Positions 32,043 through 41,487 of a stretch of 64,000 nt of DNA are shown one piece after another (the stretch's first letter is position 1; each line of letters starts with the position of its first letter). The position numbers were made by a program, and so were the translations under genes. A model generated the notes under the pieces. That model was not told the origin of the DNA, searched no databases, and saw only the letters and a program-made list of their open reading frames with translations. The DNA is from an uncultured Ignavibacteriaceae bacterium (lineage in GTDB: Bacteria; Bacteroidota; Ignavibacteria; UBA10030): NCBI GenBank assembly GCA_964651225.1, contig CAZYYD010000003.1, positions 51,533 through 115,532 of the forward strand, written 5' to 3'.

Positions 32043-32629
32043 AAACACGACTGTTGATATCCGCAGCATTTTCACTTTCGCTGTGTGCGGCTCCCGGATT
32101 TGCAAAGGAAGCCACCAACATTCGTAGCGCAATTCTTACTGAGACGAAAAAATATCCCGGACTGCAAATGCAGGATCTCTACAAATTGACGTACCAGTCT
32201 GCAATGGGAAACGAGCATTTGATGGGTGATACCGCGCTGGCTCGGAAATATCTCCTCGAAGAACTCGCATCCGTCGATTCCTCCTCAAATGAGCCGTACA
32301 TTGAATATCTCACCACGGACAGTTCCGTCGCACGCATCAACCTTCGCTCTTTCAAAGCAAAGAGAGGAAATCCGGAATCGCTCTTTCAGGCAATGCTGAA
32401 ATCCGCATCGCTGATCAAACCCTCAGTCGAGACGCTCCGCCGCTTCTGGAGCGATGTAGAATTCTTAGCGGAAGAAGGAAGAATCCCATTTAAGAAAAAG
32501 GATCTGCGCGCCTACTTTCAGATGCTGGAAGAACAGAACTTCCCCGCTGTTCATCATTCTCAACCGGTTAAAGATACATACCACCCTGCATATCGCGTCG
32601 TTGCAGGCAAGAAAAATTCCCTTCCATGA
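32039..32629 (+). CDS. hypothetical secreted protein
   Basis: ATG at 32039 and signal peptide MKTRLLISAAFSLSLCAAPGFA. No family recognised. Confidence 0.6.
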   Translation: MKTRLLISAAFSLSLCAAPGFAKEATNIRSAILTETKKYPGLQMQDLYKLTYQSAMGNEHLMGDTALARKYLLEELASVDSSSNEPYIEYLTTDSSVARINLRSFKAKRGNPESLFQAMLKSASLIKPSVETLRRFWSDVEFLAEEGRIPFKKKDLRAYFQMLEEQNFPAVHHSQPVKDTYHPAYRVVAGKKNSLP

Positions 32630-32642
32630 TCAAAGCGAGTTT

Positions 32643-33884
32643 ATGGCACACCAACTGAACAACGAATTAGACAGCATCGCAGAACCGTATACCAAGCTTG
32701 TCCTTGCAGTCGGTCAACACGATGCCGATTATGTCGACGCATACTATGGTCCGGCTGAGTGGCAGGCAGAAGCGAAAGCCGCGCAGAAATCTCTTGAAAC
32801 CATCTACCGCGAGGCGCTTCCCCTGAAAGAGACGCTCAACGAGATCAAAAGCAGCCGCGATGAGGATATCCTTCAACTCCGCCACCAGTATCTTAAGAAG
32901 CAAATTACATCGCTCATCGCTCGTGTCGAAGCATTGCGAGGGAAAAAATTTTCATTCGACGAAGAAGCAAAGGCGTACTACGATGTCGAACCGCCAAAAT
33001 TTCCAGAAGATCATTTTCAGAAGCTTATTGATGAATTAGGAACCATGGTGCCCGGGAACGGATCGATCCCGGAGCGGGTCGAACAGTACCGGAGGCAATT
33101 CATCATCGCACCGGACAAACTGGATCAAGTGTTCAGCGCAGCTATCCACGAATGCCGCCAGCGGACAAAGAAGCATATCATCCTTCCCGAGAATGAAACG
33201 TTCCGGCTGGAATATGTCCACAACAAATCGTGGAGCGGCTATAACTGGTATAAAGGGAACAACGTAAGTCTTATCCAGATCAATACCGATCTGCCGATAT
33301 TTTTGGAACGTGCCGTCGACCTTGCTGCACACGAAGGATATCCCGGGCATCATGTGTACAACTGTCTGCTCGAAACAGCCTTCGCACGGAAATTCGGATG
33401 GGTGGAATTCACTATCAATCCTTTGTTCAGCTCGCAGTCGCTGATCGCAGAAGGAACTGCGAACTTCGGCATCGAGGTCGCCTTCCCCGGTAAAGAGCGG
33501 ATGGAATTTGAACGGGATATGCTGTTTAAGATCGCCGGTCTCGATAAGGATCAGGCGGAGAATTATTCCAAAGTGCAGGCACTTGCGGCAAAACTCAGTT
33601 ATGCCGGCAACGAAGCCGCCCGCCGGTATCTTAACGGTGAAATAACCCGTGAGCAGGCCGCCCAATGGCTCGTCAAGTACGCGTTGATGTCGCCCGAACG
33701 CGCGCAGCAGCGTACGCGGTTCTTCGATCAGTACCGGAGCTACGTGATCAATTATAATCTTGGCCAGGATATGGTCAGGCAGTACATCGAACGCCGTGGC
33801 GGTACGGAAGACAAACCCGGGAAGCGGTGGGAAGAGTTCACACGGCTTATTTCCTCTCCGCGTTTGCCATCAGGATTGGTGTAG
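32643..33884 (+). CDS. DUF885-like protein (HEGYPGHH motif)
   Basis: Internal ATG at 32643, after the upstream stop. AAHEGYPGHHVYN resembles the DUF885 signature. Confidence 0.5.
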   Translation: MAHQLNNELDSIAEPYTKLVLAVGQHDADYVDAYYGPAEWQAEAKAAQKSLETIYREALPLKETLNEIKSSRDEDILQLRHQYLKKQITSLIARVEALRGKKFSFDEEAKAYYDVEPPKFPEDHFQKLIDELGTMVPGNGSIPERVEQYRRQFIIAPDKLDQVFSAAIHECRQRTKKHIILPENETFRLEYVHNKSWSGYNWYKGNNVSLIQINTDLPIFLERAVDLAAHEGYPGHHVYNCLLETAFARKFGWVEFTINPLFSSQSLIAEGTANFGIEVAFPGKERMEFERDMLFKIAGLDKDQAENYSKVQALAAKLSYAGNEAARRYLNGEITREQAAQWLVKYALMSPERAQQRTRFFDQYRSYVINYNLGQDMVRQYIERRGGTEDKPGKRWEEFTRLISSPRLPSGLV

Positions 33885-35132
33885 ATGTCGCCGATCAAAT
33901 CAAAAATCCCCAAAGGAGAACGCCCGTTCCTTGATCGCCTGCTGGACGAGATCCGGTATCAGATGTCCGGAGTGGAGGATATCGATGTTGCCGGACAATC
34001 TCTCCCGCGCTATATCGGAGAGTTCTGGACATCGAAACAGCGGCAGGGTTCATCGCTGCATGAAGTGTCGTACCGCGCATGCTTCAAGCCGCAGCTTCCG
34101 CGGTTCTTCATCGAACACCTCACAAATGTCGATGATACGGTGTACGATCCCTTCAGCGGTCGGGGCACAACAGTACTGGAAGCAGGATTGCTCGGGCGGC
34201 CTATCATCGCCAACGATGCGAATCCCCTCAGTACTCTTTTGAGTAAACCGCGATTCTTTCCTCCCTATCTCGAAGACCTCATGAAGCGGCTGGACAGCAT
34301 TCCGATGCATGAGCAGGCGGAAGCCGACATCGACCTGACAATGTTCTTTCATCCGAAAACCGAAGCCGAGATTGTCTCGCTGAAGGACTATCTTTCCGAA
34401 CGCCGTGCGACCGGTATGGAAGACCACATCGACCGATGGATCCGCATGGTCGCTACGAACCGGCTGACGGGACATTCTAAAGGATTTTTCTCCGTCTACA
34501 CACTTCCTCCTAATCAGGCAGTGAGTGCCGAGAGTCAGCGGAAGATCAATATCAAGATGAAACAGGTACCGGAACATCGTGATACGCGTGTCATCATCTT
34601 TAAGAAATCGAAAACGCTCCTGAGCGATATTACTCCGATGGAGAGAGAGCATTTGCAGAAGAGCGGTGAGAGTGCCCGCTTCCTCACATCCGATGCGCGG
34701 GAGACGAAAGACATTCCCCCTCATTCCATCCAGTTGACCGTCACTTCTCCTCCATTTCTCGATGTCGTGGATTACGTACAGGATAACTGGCTCCGCTGCT
34801 GGTTCAATGACCTGGATGCAAAGGATATTGCAAAGAACATAACCATGTCCCGGACACTGGAGGAGTGGTCAGCGGTGATGTTTGGTGTTTTTCGTGAATT
34901 GCACCGTATTACCAAACCCCGCGGTTTTGTGGCATTCGAAGTCGGCGAAGTAAGAAATAACAGCGTACGGCTCGATGAACATATTGTGCCGCTCGGAGTA
35001 AAAGCCGGTTTTTCATGCCTTGGTATTGTGATTAATGAACAAAAATTTACCAAAACCTCAAATATCTGGGGGGTCGATAATAACGAAAAAGGGACGAATT
35101 CTAACCGAATTGTGCTGTTCCGAAAGAACTAG
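33885..35132 (+). CDS. DNA methyltransferase, N6-adenine or N4-cytosine class (alpha motif order)
   Basis: AdoMet motif VYDPFSGRGTT lies about 200 aa upstream of the catalytic motif TSPPFLDVVDY. The start codon directly follows the upstream stop. Confidence 0.75.
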   Translation: MSPIKSKIPKGERPFLDRLLDEIRYQMSGVEDIDVAGQSLPRYIGEFWTSKQRQGSSLHEVSYRACFKPQLPRFFIEHLTNVDDTVYDPFSGRGTTVLEAGLLGRPIIANDANPLSTLLSKPRFFPPYLEDLMKRLDSIPMHEQAEADIDLTMFFHPKTEAEIVSLKDYLSERRATGMEDHIDRWIRMVATNRLTGHSKGFFSVYTLPPNQAVSAESQRKINIKMKQVPEHRDTRVIIFKKSKTLLSDITPMEREHLQKSGESARFLTSDARETKDIPPHSIQLTVTSPPFLDVVDYVQDNWLRCWFNDLDAKDIAKNITMSRTLEEWSAVMFGVFRELHRITKPRGFVAFEVGEVRNNSVRLDEHIVPLGVKAGFSCLGIVINEQKFTKTSNIWGVDNNEKGTNSNRIVLFRKN

Positions 35133-35221
35133 TCAAAAAGCGGATCCGAAGACCCTTTATCATCCAGGTCGAAAGTCTTTGTAACGCTCACAAATCTTCC
35201 AATCCTTTTGTATATTAGTAT

Positions 35222-36079
35222 ATGAATAGAAAAGACCTTCAGCATCTTCGTACCATTATTCGCCGTGCTCTGGAAGAAGATATCGGCAGCGGCGATATCA
35301 CTACACTCAGCACAGTACCGTCTCGATCGACGTTGAGCGGCAGGTTCATTGTAAAAAATTCCGGAGTCATTGCAGGATTGGAAGTCGTACACGAGACATT
35401 TAAAATGCGCGATCCCCGGGTTTCCTTTTCTCCCCGGTATGCCGATGGTGACCTGGTATCAAAAGGAAATATCGTCGCAACGGTGCGCGGTAAAGGGCAA
35501 GCCCTGCTGACAGCGGAACGGACCGCATTGAATTTTCTTCAGCGAATGTCCGGAATTGCTACGACAACCTTTGCCTATGTCGACGCAGTGAAAAACACGA
35601 AAGCTGTCATCGTTGACACGCGCAAAACAGCTCCCGGACTTCGATTCCTCGATAAGTGGGCAGTCCGTCTTGGCAGAGGTCAGAATCACCGGTACGGCCT
35701 CTACGATATGGTACTCATCAAAGAAAATCACATCGCCGCGGCCGGAGGAATAACACAGGCAGTCACCCGGGTACGTGCAACGGACAAGAAGAAACGTCCC
35801 ATCGAGGTTGAAGTACGCAATCTTGACGAATTGCGCGAAGCAGTCGGACTGAATGTCGATCAAATATTATTAGATAATATGAGTCTGGACCGGCTGCACG
35901 ATGCTGTCTGGTATGCCAGAGGAAGAACCAAGCTGGAAGCCTCCGGGAACATATCGCTGGACAATATTGCCGCCGTCGCTGCAACGGGCGTCGACATTAT
36001 TTCCGTCGGAAAACTGACGCACTCGGTTCGCGCAATGGATATTAGTTTTTTGATAGATCTCCCGAAGACCAAAAAATAA
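35222..36079 (+). CDS. nadC: nicotinate-nucleotide diphosphorylase (carboxylating)
   Basis: 285 aa with ERTALNFLQRMSGIAT and DTRKTAPGLR. Confidence 0.92.
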   Translation: MNRKDLQHLRTIIRRALEEDIGSGDITTLSTVPSRSTLSGRFIVKNSGVIAGLEVVHETFKMRDPRVSFSPRYADGDLVSKGNIVATVRGKGQALLTAERTALNFLQRMSGIATTTFAYVDAVKNTKAVIVDTRKTAPGLRFLDKWAVRLGRGQNHRYGLYDMVLIKENHIAAAGGITQAVTRVRATDKKKRPIEVEVRNLDELREAVGLNVDQILLDNMSLDRLHDAVWYARGRTKLEASGNISLDNIAAVAATGVDIISVGKLTHSVRAMDISFLIDLPKTKK

Positions 36080-37131
36080 TGACCGTCGAAACGATCTATC
36101 ATGATCTGCATACAAAACTCCACGACGTTGTACCGGATGTCGAACTGCGGTACAAAGCCGAACTCGCCTTCAAGATCAATACACTGAAACGTGAACGGAA
36201 TGCGGTCATCCTCGGCCACAATTACATGGAGCCGGCACTCTTCCACTCCATCCCCGATTATGCCGGTGATTCTCTGGAACTCAGCCGTATCGCTTCGAAA
36301 ACCGAAAGGGACATCATTGTCTTTTGCGGTGTCCGCTTTATGGCAGAGACTGCAAAAATCCTGTCACCGAAAAAAACCGTCCTGATCCCATCAAAAAAGG
36401 CGGGTTGTTCACTCGCCGATGGCATTACTGCAGAGGATGTCCGCCAATTGAAGGTGAAATTTCCCGGTGTTCCGGTGGTTACCTATGTCAATACCACAGC
36501 GGAAGTGAAAGCTGAATCCGATGTCTGCTGTACATCGAGCAATGCTTCTGCCGTGGTCAGATCGCTGAAGAGCGACACTGTGATTTTTCTTCCGGACGAA
36601 TATCTTGCCCGCAATGTGGCGCGGGAAACGGGAAGACACATTATTTTTCCATCGCTCACCGGCGGCGATCCGGCAAGCGATTCGCTGCTCGACAAACCGA
36701 TCATCGGCTGGAAGGCACGGTGCGAGGTTCACGAGAAATTCACCGTGGAAGATATTCAGAATATCCGGAAGCAGTTTCCCGATGTGCATGTGTTGTCGCA
36801 TCCCGAGTGCAGTCCGGAGGTGGTTGCGGCTTCCGACTATTCCGGCAGTACGACGCAGATGATCCGTCACATCCAGAATACGAAAGCTCCCCGGTATCTT
36901 CTCCTGACCGAGTGTGCGATGGGCGACAATATCATGGCCGCTCATCCTGAAAAGAATATGCTTCGTCTCTGCAGCGTCCGGTGTCCGCATATGAACGAGA
37001 TTACACTCGAAGACACCCTGGAAGCGCTGAAGCAGACAAGATATGTCGTGGAAGTACCGGAAGAGATTCGTGTGCGCGCCTATCGGGCCGTCGAACGGAT
37101 GTTGCAGATCATTCCCGTAGTATCGGATTGA
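36079..37131 (+). CDS. nadA: quinolinate synthase
   Basis: TAATG overlap with nadC. AVILGHNYM, FCGVRFMAETAKIL and HPEC. Confidence 0.92.
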   Translation: MTVETIYHDLHTKLHDVVPDVELRYKAELAFKINTLKRERNAVILGHNYMEPALFHSIPDYAGDSLELSRIASKTERDIIVFCGVRFMAETAKILSPKKTVLIPSKKAGCSLADGITAEDVRQLKVKFPGVPVVTYVNTTAEVKAESDVCCTSSNASAVVRSLKSDTVIFLPDEYLARNVARETGRHIIFPSLTGGDPASDSLLDKPIIGWKARCEVHEKFTVEDIQNIRKQFPDVHVLSHPECSPEVVAASDYSGSTTQMIRHIQNTKAPRYLLLTECAMGDNIMAAHPEKNMLRLCSVRCPHMNEITLEDTLEALKQTRYVVEVPEEIRVRAYRAVERMLQIIPVVSD

Positions 37132-37195
37132 GTCTCTTTTAACGCGTGTCTCTTCCTTTTCCTTTGAAAGAGAGGAGAGATATAGTTCTGGATCA

Positions 37196-38779
37196 ATGAA
37201 TACAAGAACCATGCAAGAATGTCTTGAGTGTGATGTCCTCGTTATCGGGTGCGGTGTCGCCGGCAGTATTACCGCACTGCAGCTTGCGGATGCCGGCATT
37301 CATGTCATTATTGCGACACGATCGGTCAACCCGGAAGAATCGAGCACGTATTATGCACAGGGCGGAATAATTTTTAAAGGAGAACAGGATTCTCCTGAGC
37401 TTCTCGCAGAGGACATTTTCCGCGCCGGCGCGGGATATTGTAAGCCTGAAGCGGTGAGCCTTCTGGCCGAAGAAGGACCGCGGCTTGTTCGATCGATCCT
37501 TCTCGAGAAACTCGGTATCCCTTTTGATAAAACACCGGATGGTACTCTCTCTCTTGTCCGTGAAGGCGGACATACGGTTGCCCGCATCCTTCATGCAGCT
37601 GATGCTACCGGAAGCCTCATCGAACAACATCTCATCCGCGCTCTGAAAGCACATCCGAACATCACATTACTGACGGGTCAAACGGCTGTCGATTTGCTCA
37701 CCCCTGCTCACCACTCACAAAACCGGCTTTCGGTCTACGATCCTCTCTCCTGTGTCGGTGCATATCTTCTGGATCAAACAACGGGGCTTGTCCAGCGAGT
37801 CCTAGCTCGCGCCACCGTTCTTGCAACGGGCGGTCTCGGACAAATTTTTTTGCGATCGACGAATCCCCCGGGCGCGCGCGGTGACGGTTTGACGATGGCC
37901 TATCGCGCCGGTGCACGCGTAGTCAATTGTGAATTTGTGCAGTTCCACCCCACCGCCTTCTATCAGGTCAATGCACCATGTTTTCTTATCACGGAAGCAA
38001 TTCGCGGTGCCGGAGCCCGTCTGGTGACAGCCGACGGTGAACCGTTCATGCAGAAGTACGACCCTGAGTGGAAGGACCTTGCACCGCGCGACGTCGTTGC
38101 TCGGGGAATCCATCAGGAGATGTTGTCTACAGGTTCAACGCATGTCTATCTCGATATCGCATCCTATGTTCCTGAACAAGACATTCGAGAACATTTCCCG
38201 TCGATCTATCAGCAGTGTCTTCAGTTCGGTATTGACATCACACAGGAATCCGTTCCCATTGTTCCGGCGGCTCATTATTTCTGCGGCGGCGTCTGGTCGG
38301 ATACCTGGGGCAGGACAACGCTCAATCACCTCTACGCGGTCGGTGAAGTCGCTTGCACCGGTCTTCATGGCGCCAACCGGCTTGCGAGCACATCGCTCTT
38401 AGAAGGAGTGGTCTGGGGGCATCGCGCGACCGAGCATATTATCACCACGTTTCAAGAACATCCAAAACCACATGTGAACGACATACCCCCATGGCTTGAG
38501 ACCGGTACAGAATACCCGGACTCCGCATTGATCAGTCAGGATATGAGTGTGATCAAAAATATCATGTGGAATTACACGGGTCTTATCCGTACAACCGAAC
38601 GCCTCCAGCGTGCATCACGCGAACTTCGTCATCTTGAATCGGAGATCGAACGCTTCTACCGGGCAGTCCGTCTTACAGACAGCATCATCGGTTTACGCAA
38701 CGCCGTTCGTGCCGCTATTATCGTGACGATTGCAGCATGGGAAAATAAGGCAAGCGTCGGCTGTCATTTCAGGCAGTGA
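37196..38779 (+). CDS. nadB: L-aspartate oxidase
   Basis: DVLVIGCGVAGS FAD-binding motif, YAQGGI and GLHGANRLASTSLLE. Confidence 0.92.
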   Translation: MNTRTMQECLECDVLVIGCGVAGSITALQLADAGIHVIIATRSVNPEESSTYYAQGGIIFKGEQDSPELLAEDIFRAGAGYCKPEAVSLLAEEGPRLVRSILLEKLGIPFDKTPDGTLSLVREGGHTVARILHAADATGSLIEQHLIRALKAHPNITLLTGQTAVDLLTPAHHSQNRLSVYDPLSCVGAYLLDQTTGLVQRVLARATVLATGGLGQIFLRSTNPPGARGDGLTMAYRAGARVVNCEFVQFHPTAFYQVNAPCFLITEAIRGAGARLVTADGEPFMQKYDPEWKDLAPRDVVARGIHQEMLSTGSTHVYLDIASYVPEQDIREHFPSIYQQCLQFGIDITQESVPIVPAAHYFCGGVWSDTWGRTTLNHLYAVGEVACTGLHGANRLASTSLLEGVVWGHRATEHIITTFQEHPKPHVNDIPPWLETGTEYPDSALISQDMSVIKNIMWNYTGLIRTTERLQRASRELRHLESEIERFYRAVRLTDSIIGLRNAVRAAIIVTIAAWENKASVGCHFRQ

Positions 38780-39031
38780 TCTTTTTTTATAGGGCTGCAT
38801 TTCAATCGCGCCGTGACTTTTTCCTGACTTCCGGGGTTCTTTTCTCTTCTCCAAAGAAAAAAAATAAAAAGAATCTTCGAATTATTTCCAAAACAACCCT
38901 TTTTCCTCTCCCCTCTTTGATGCAAACCCAAAAAACAGTATGTTTGTGTGTAGAACAACCAACCGTACGGGAAATTCCGGTTTATATTCCTGACCGTATA
39001 CATGTTATTCATCTCATTGATAGGAGGTCGT

Positions 39032-39922
39032 ATGTTATTTCTTCTGAGCATTATTATCGTCATTGGAGCAATCGTCGTTTGGATGAGCGCTCTCAAGAAA
39101 GTGCGGGACGAAAGGAATATGTTATTCAAGACCACCGCCTCCGCTGCCAGTCTTACCGCCCTGGCATTTGCCGTCGTTGCATTGTCACAAATGTTCACGG
39201 TTGTCCCTGCCGGCAATGTCGGTGTCGTCGATTTCTTTGGCACTGTCTCCGACAACACGTTGAAAGCAGGAATCAACTTTGTCAATCCCTTCGCCCGCGT
39301 GATAAAATTTTCCGTCAAGACCCAGGAGATCAAAGAAGTGATGGATGTTCCCTCGAAAGAAGGAATGACCGTTCAGCTGGAGATCAGCGCTCTGTTCCAC
39401 CTGAATCCTGATAAAGCCGCGGAAGTCTACAAAACGGTAGGAGAAAACTATGTGGAAATTATTCTCGAACCGCAATTTCGCTCTGTTGCCAGAGGTGTCA
39501 CGGCGGGTTATGAAGCCAAGGCACTCTATACCTCCGAACGTGAAATGCTGGCCCAGATTCTCTTGAAAGATTTAGAAAATCTTGTCGAACCGAGAGGTGT
39601 CACGGTGGAGTCAACTCCGCTGCGCCGCATCGGTCTTCCAGCCGGTTTGACAGCCTCAATCGAAGCAAAGCTCCAGGCCGAACAGCAGAGTCAGCAGATG
39701 CAATTCGTGTTGACCAAGGAAAAGCAAGAAGCGGATAGAAAGCGGATCGAAGCACAGGGTATTTCTGACTTCCAGAATATTGTCGCGCGTGGTATCAGCG
39801 AGCAGCTCCTGCGATGGAAGGGCATTGAAGCAACAGAGAAACTGGCGAGTTCGCCGAACTCAAAAGTCATCGTCATCGGCGCCGGGAGAGACGGTTTGCC
39901 GCTGATTTTGGATACGAAGTAA
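39032..39922 (+). CDS. SPFH/band-7 (prohibitin-like) membrane protein
   Basis: ATG at 39032, preceded by AGGAGG (39023-39028). An N-terminal TM helix is followed by an SPFH-like body and a coiled-coil QAEQQSQQ. Confidence 0.8.
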   Translation: MLFLLSIIIVIGAIVVWMSALKKVRDERNMLFKTTASAASLTALAFAVVALSQMFTVVPAGNVGVVDFFGTVSDNTLKAGINFVNPFARVIKFSVKTQEIKEVMDVPSKEGMTVQLEISALFHLNPDKAAEVYKTVGENYVEIILEPQFRSVARGVTAGYEAKALYTSEREMLAQILLKDLENLVEPRGVTVESTPLRRIGLPAGLTASIEAKLQAEQQSQQMQFVLTKEKQEADRKRIEAQGISDFQNIVARGISEQLLRWKGIEATEKLASSPNSKVIVIGAGRDGLPLILDTK

Positions 39923-39952
39923 GGCATAGACACGTTATTCATTCCTTTTTCT

Positions 39953-39986
39953 ACATCCTCCCCGGAGTCTGCTGCGGGGAGGATGT
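39953..39986 (+). terminator. rho-independent terminator candidate
   Basis: Perfect 12-bp stem ACATCCTCCCCG (39953-39964) / CGGGGAGGATGT (39975-39986) with a 10-nt loop, followed by TCTCTC. Confidence 0.55.
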
Positions 39987-40004
39987 TCTCTCAGAGGTGC
40001 TCGC

Positions 40005-40562
40005 ATGCATTCCCGACCTTTTTTATCCCCCTTCTTGCTTTCTCTGATCTTTACCTTCGGAGGATGTTCTTCCCAACGTCAGACCATTGTGACACCTCTG
40101 CGTCCGGCATTAGATCATGCATTGAGGATGGATCGTGTGATTATCGCCGGACAACCAACTGAGACAGAAATCAGATCGCTGGTCCGGCGGGGCATTTCCC
40201 ATGTCGTCAATGTTCGTACTCCGGAAGAGATGAAGGATAGTACAGAAATCAATTTCGATGAAGCAAAGCTCCTCCTGGAGGAAAACATCACCTATGAGAA
40301 TCTCCCGATTGGAGGAGAAAAATATCCTTATCGTCCTGAGGTACTCGAAACCTTTGCAAATATTATGAAGGCGAGTAAAGATTCCGTTCTTCTCCATTGC
40401 AAGTTCGGTGGAAGAGCACGATGGCTCTATGCAGCCTATGAGATAAAATATCTTGGAAAATCTCCCGATGAAGTCATACGATCGCTTAACCGATGGGGAG
40501 TCTGGCCGCTGCCCCTGGAAAAGCTTACCGGAATTCCTTTGCGGCTGGACAAAAAGGAATGA
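40005..40562 (+). CDS. lipoprotein with a phosphatase-like (PTP/DUF442-type) domain
   Basis: Lipobox FTFGGC. The HCKFGGRAR loop only approximates the HCxxGxxR P-loop. Confidence 0.35.
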   Translation: MHSRPFLSPFLLSLIFTFGGCSSQRQTIVTPLRPALDHALRMDRVIIAGQPTETEIRSLVRRGISHVVNVRTPEEMKDSTEINFDEAKLLLEENITYENLPIGGEKYPYRPEVLETFANIMKASKDSVLLHCKFGGRARWLYAAYEIKYLGKSPDEVIRSLNRWGVWPLPLEKLTGIPLRLDKKE

Positions 40563-40652
40563 GACATAATACATGAAACAACATCTTATTTCCGTCATCT
40601 TCCATGGCTTCTGAAAAACAAATTCCCTGTAAGAGTTCCTGAGATCTCTCCT

Positions 40653-40883
40653 ATGCCAAATCTCATCATGCCGGTACTGTTCATTGGTCATGGCTCGCCC
40701 ATGAATATCATTCAAGAAAACGAGTACACCAAAACTCTCCAGAAGTTCCATCTCTCCCCGCCAAGACCGGAGGCGATACTGGTCGTCTCTGCCTATAGGC
40801 TTACCCGGAGAACATTCGTCTGCTATGCAAAAACATCAACCCAGAAAGAAAACCGCCATGATTATCAGCAACATACCTTTTGA
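40653..40883 (+). pseudogene. N-terminal remnant of a class III extradiol (4,5-DOPA dioxygenase/YgiD-like) dioxygenase
   Basis: MPVLFIGHGSPMNIIQENEYTK..PRPEAILVVSA matches the family N-terminus. Similarity ends after about 60 aa, and the ORF stops inside the next gene. Confidence 0.6.
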
Positions 40884-41187
40884 AGCAACCGATTGGGAAG
40901 ATGTCCCCTCCGAGCGGCACACCGGTGATACCGGATATGCCGATTGGAAAGTCCGACAATACGGCGATATCCGTGTGCGCGTCGTGGAATATTCCCCCAA
41001 TTACAAGGCCGATCACTGGTGTTCAAAAGGACACATTCTCTATTGTCTTCAGGGCGAAATGACAACGGAGTTGAAAGACGGCCGTGTGGTAGAGCTTCAC
41101 AAAGGAATGTCGTATCATGTAGAAGATGAACATTTTCCGCATCGCTCATCGACCAAGAATGGTGCGATCCTGTTTATTGTTGACTAG
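40858..41187 (+). CDS. cupin-fold protein (DHCW-motif type)
   Basis: Internal ATG at 40858. ..YKADHWCSKGHILYCLQGEMTTELKDGR... Confidence 0.65.
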   Translation: MIISNIPFEATDWEDVPSERHTGDTGYADWKVRQYGDIRVRVVEYSPNYKADHWCSKGHILYCLQGEMTTELKDGRVVELHKGMSYHVEDEHFPHRSSTKNGAILFIVD

Positions 41188-41340
41188 TGCCGTTTCCATT
41201 AAATAACATTGTGTTTTTTTAATTTTGTGATTACAAATGGAAACGAGCACTATTGCTTTTTTGTATAGACTATTGACATAACACACAAGATTTCTTTTTT
41301 GTAGTGGTACTAGGATCTCTCTCCATAACCATAGTGCGAT

Positions 41341-41395
41341 CCTTGGCGTCCTTCGCGGTTTTATTCTCACCGCAAAGCACGCAAAGAGACACGAA
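41341..41395. repeat. REP-like intergenic palindromic element, copy 2
   Basis: CCTTGGCGTCCTTCGCGGT tttattctc ACCGCAAAGCACGCAAAG. It uses the same word set as 22078-22147. Confidence 0.45.
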
Positions 41396-41487
41396 GAATA
41401 TATTGATGGGGAATCAATTATCCATGATCTTAAGGACTTCAGAACTCATTCTTTCTCACCACGGTTGATCTCGTATAAAGGACTATT

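Noticed and set aside
33885-35132. A complete restriction-modification system around the methyltransferase.
   Set aside because: Neighbouring ORFs are a DUF885-like protein and nadC. No nuclease motifs (PD-(D/E)xK, HNH, GIY-YIG) were seen within several kb.
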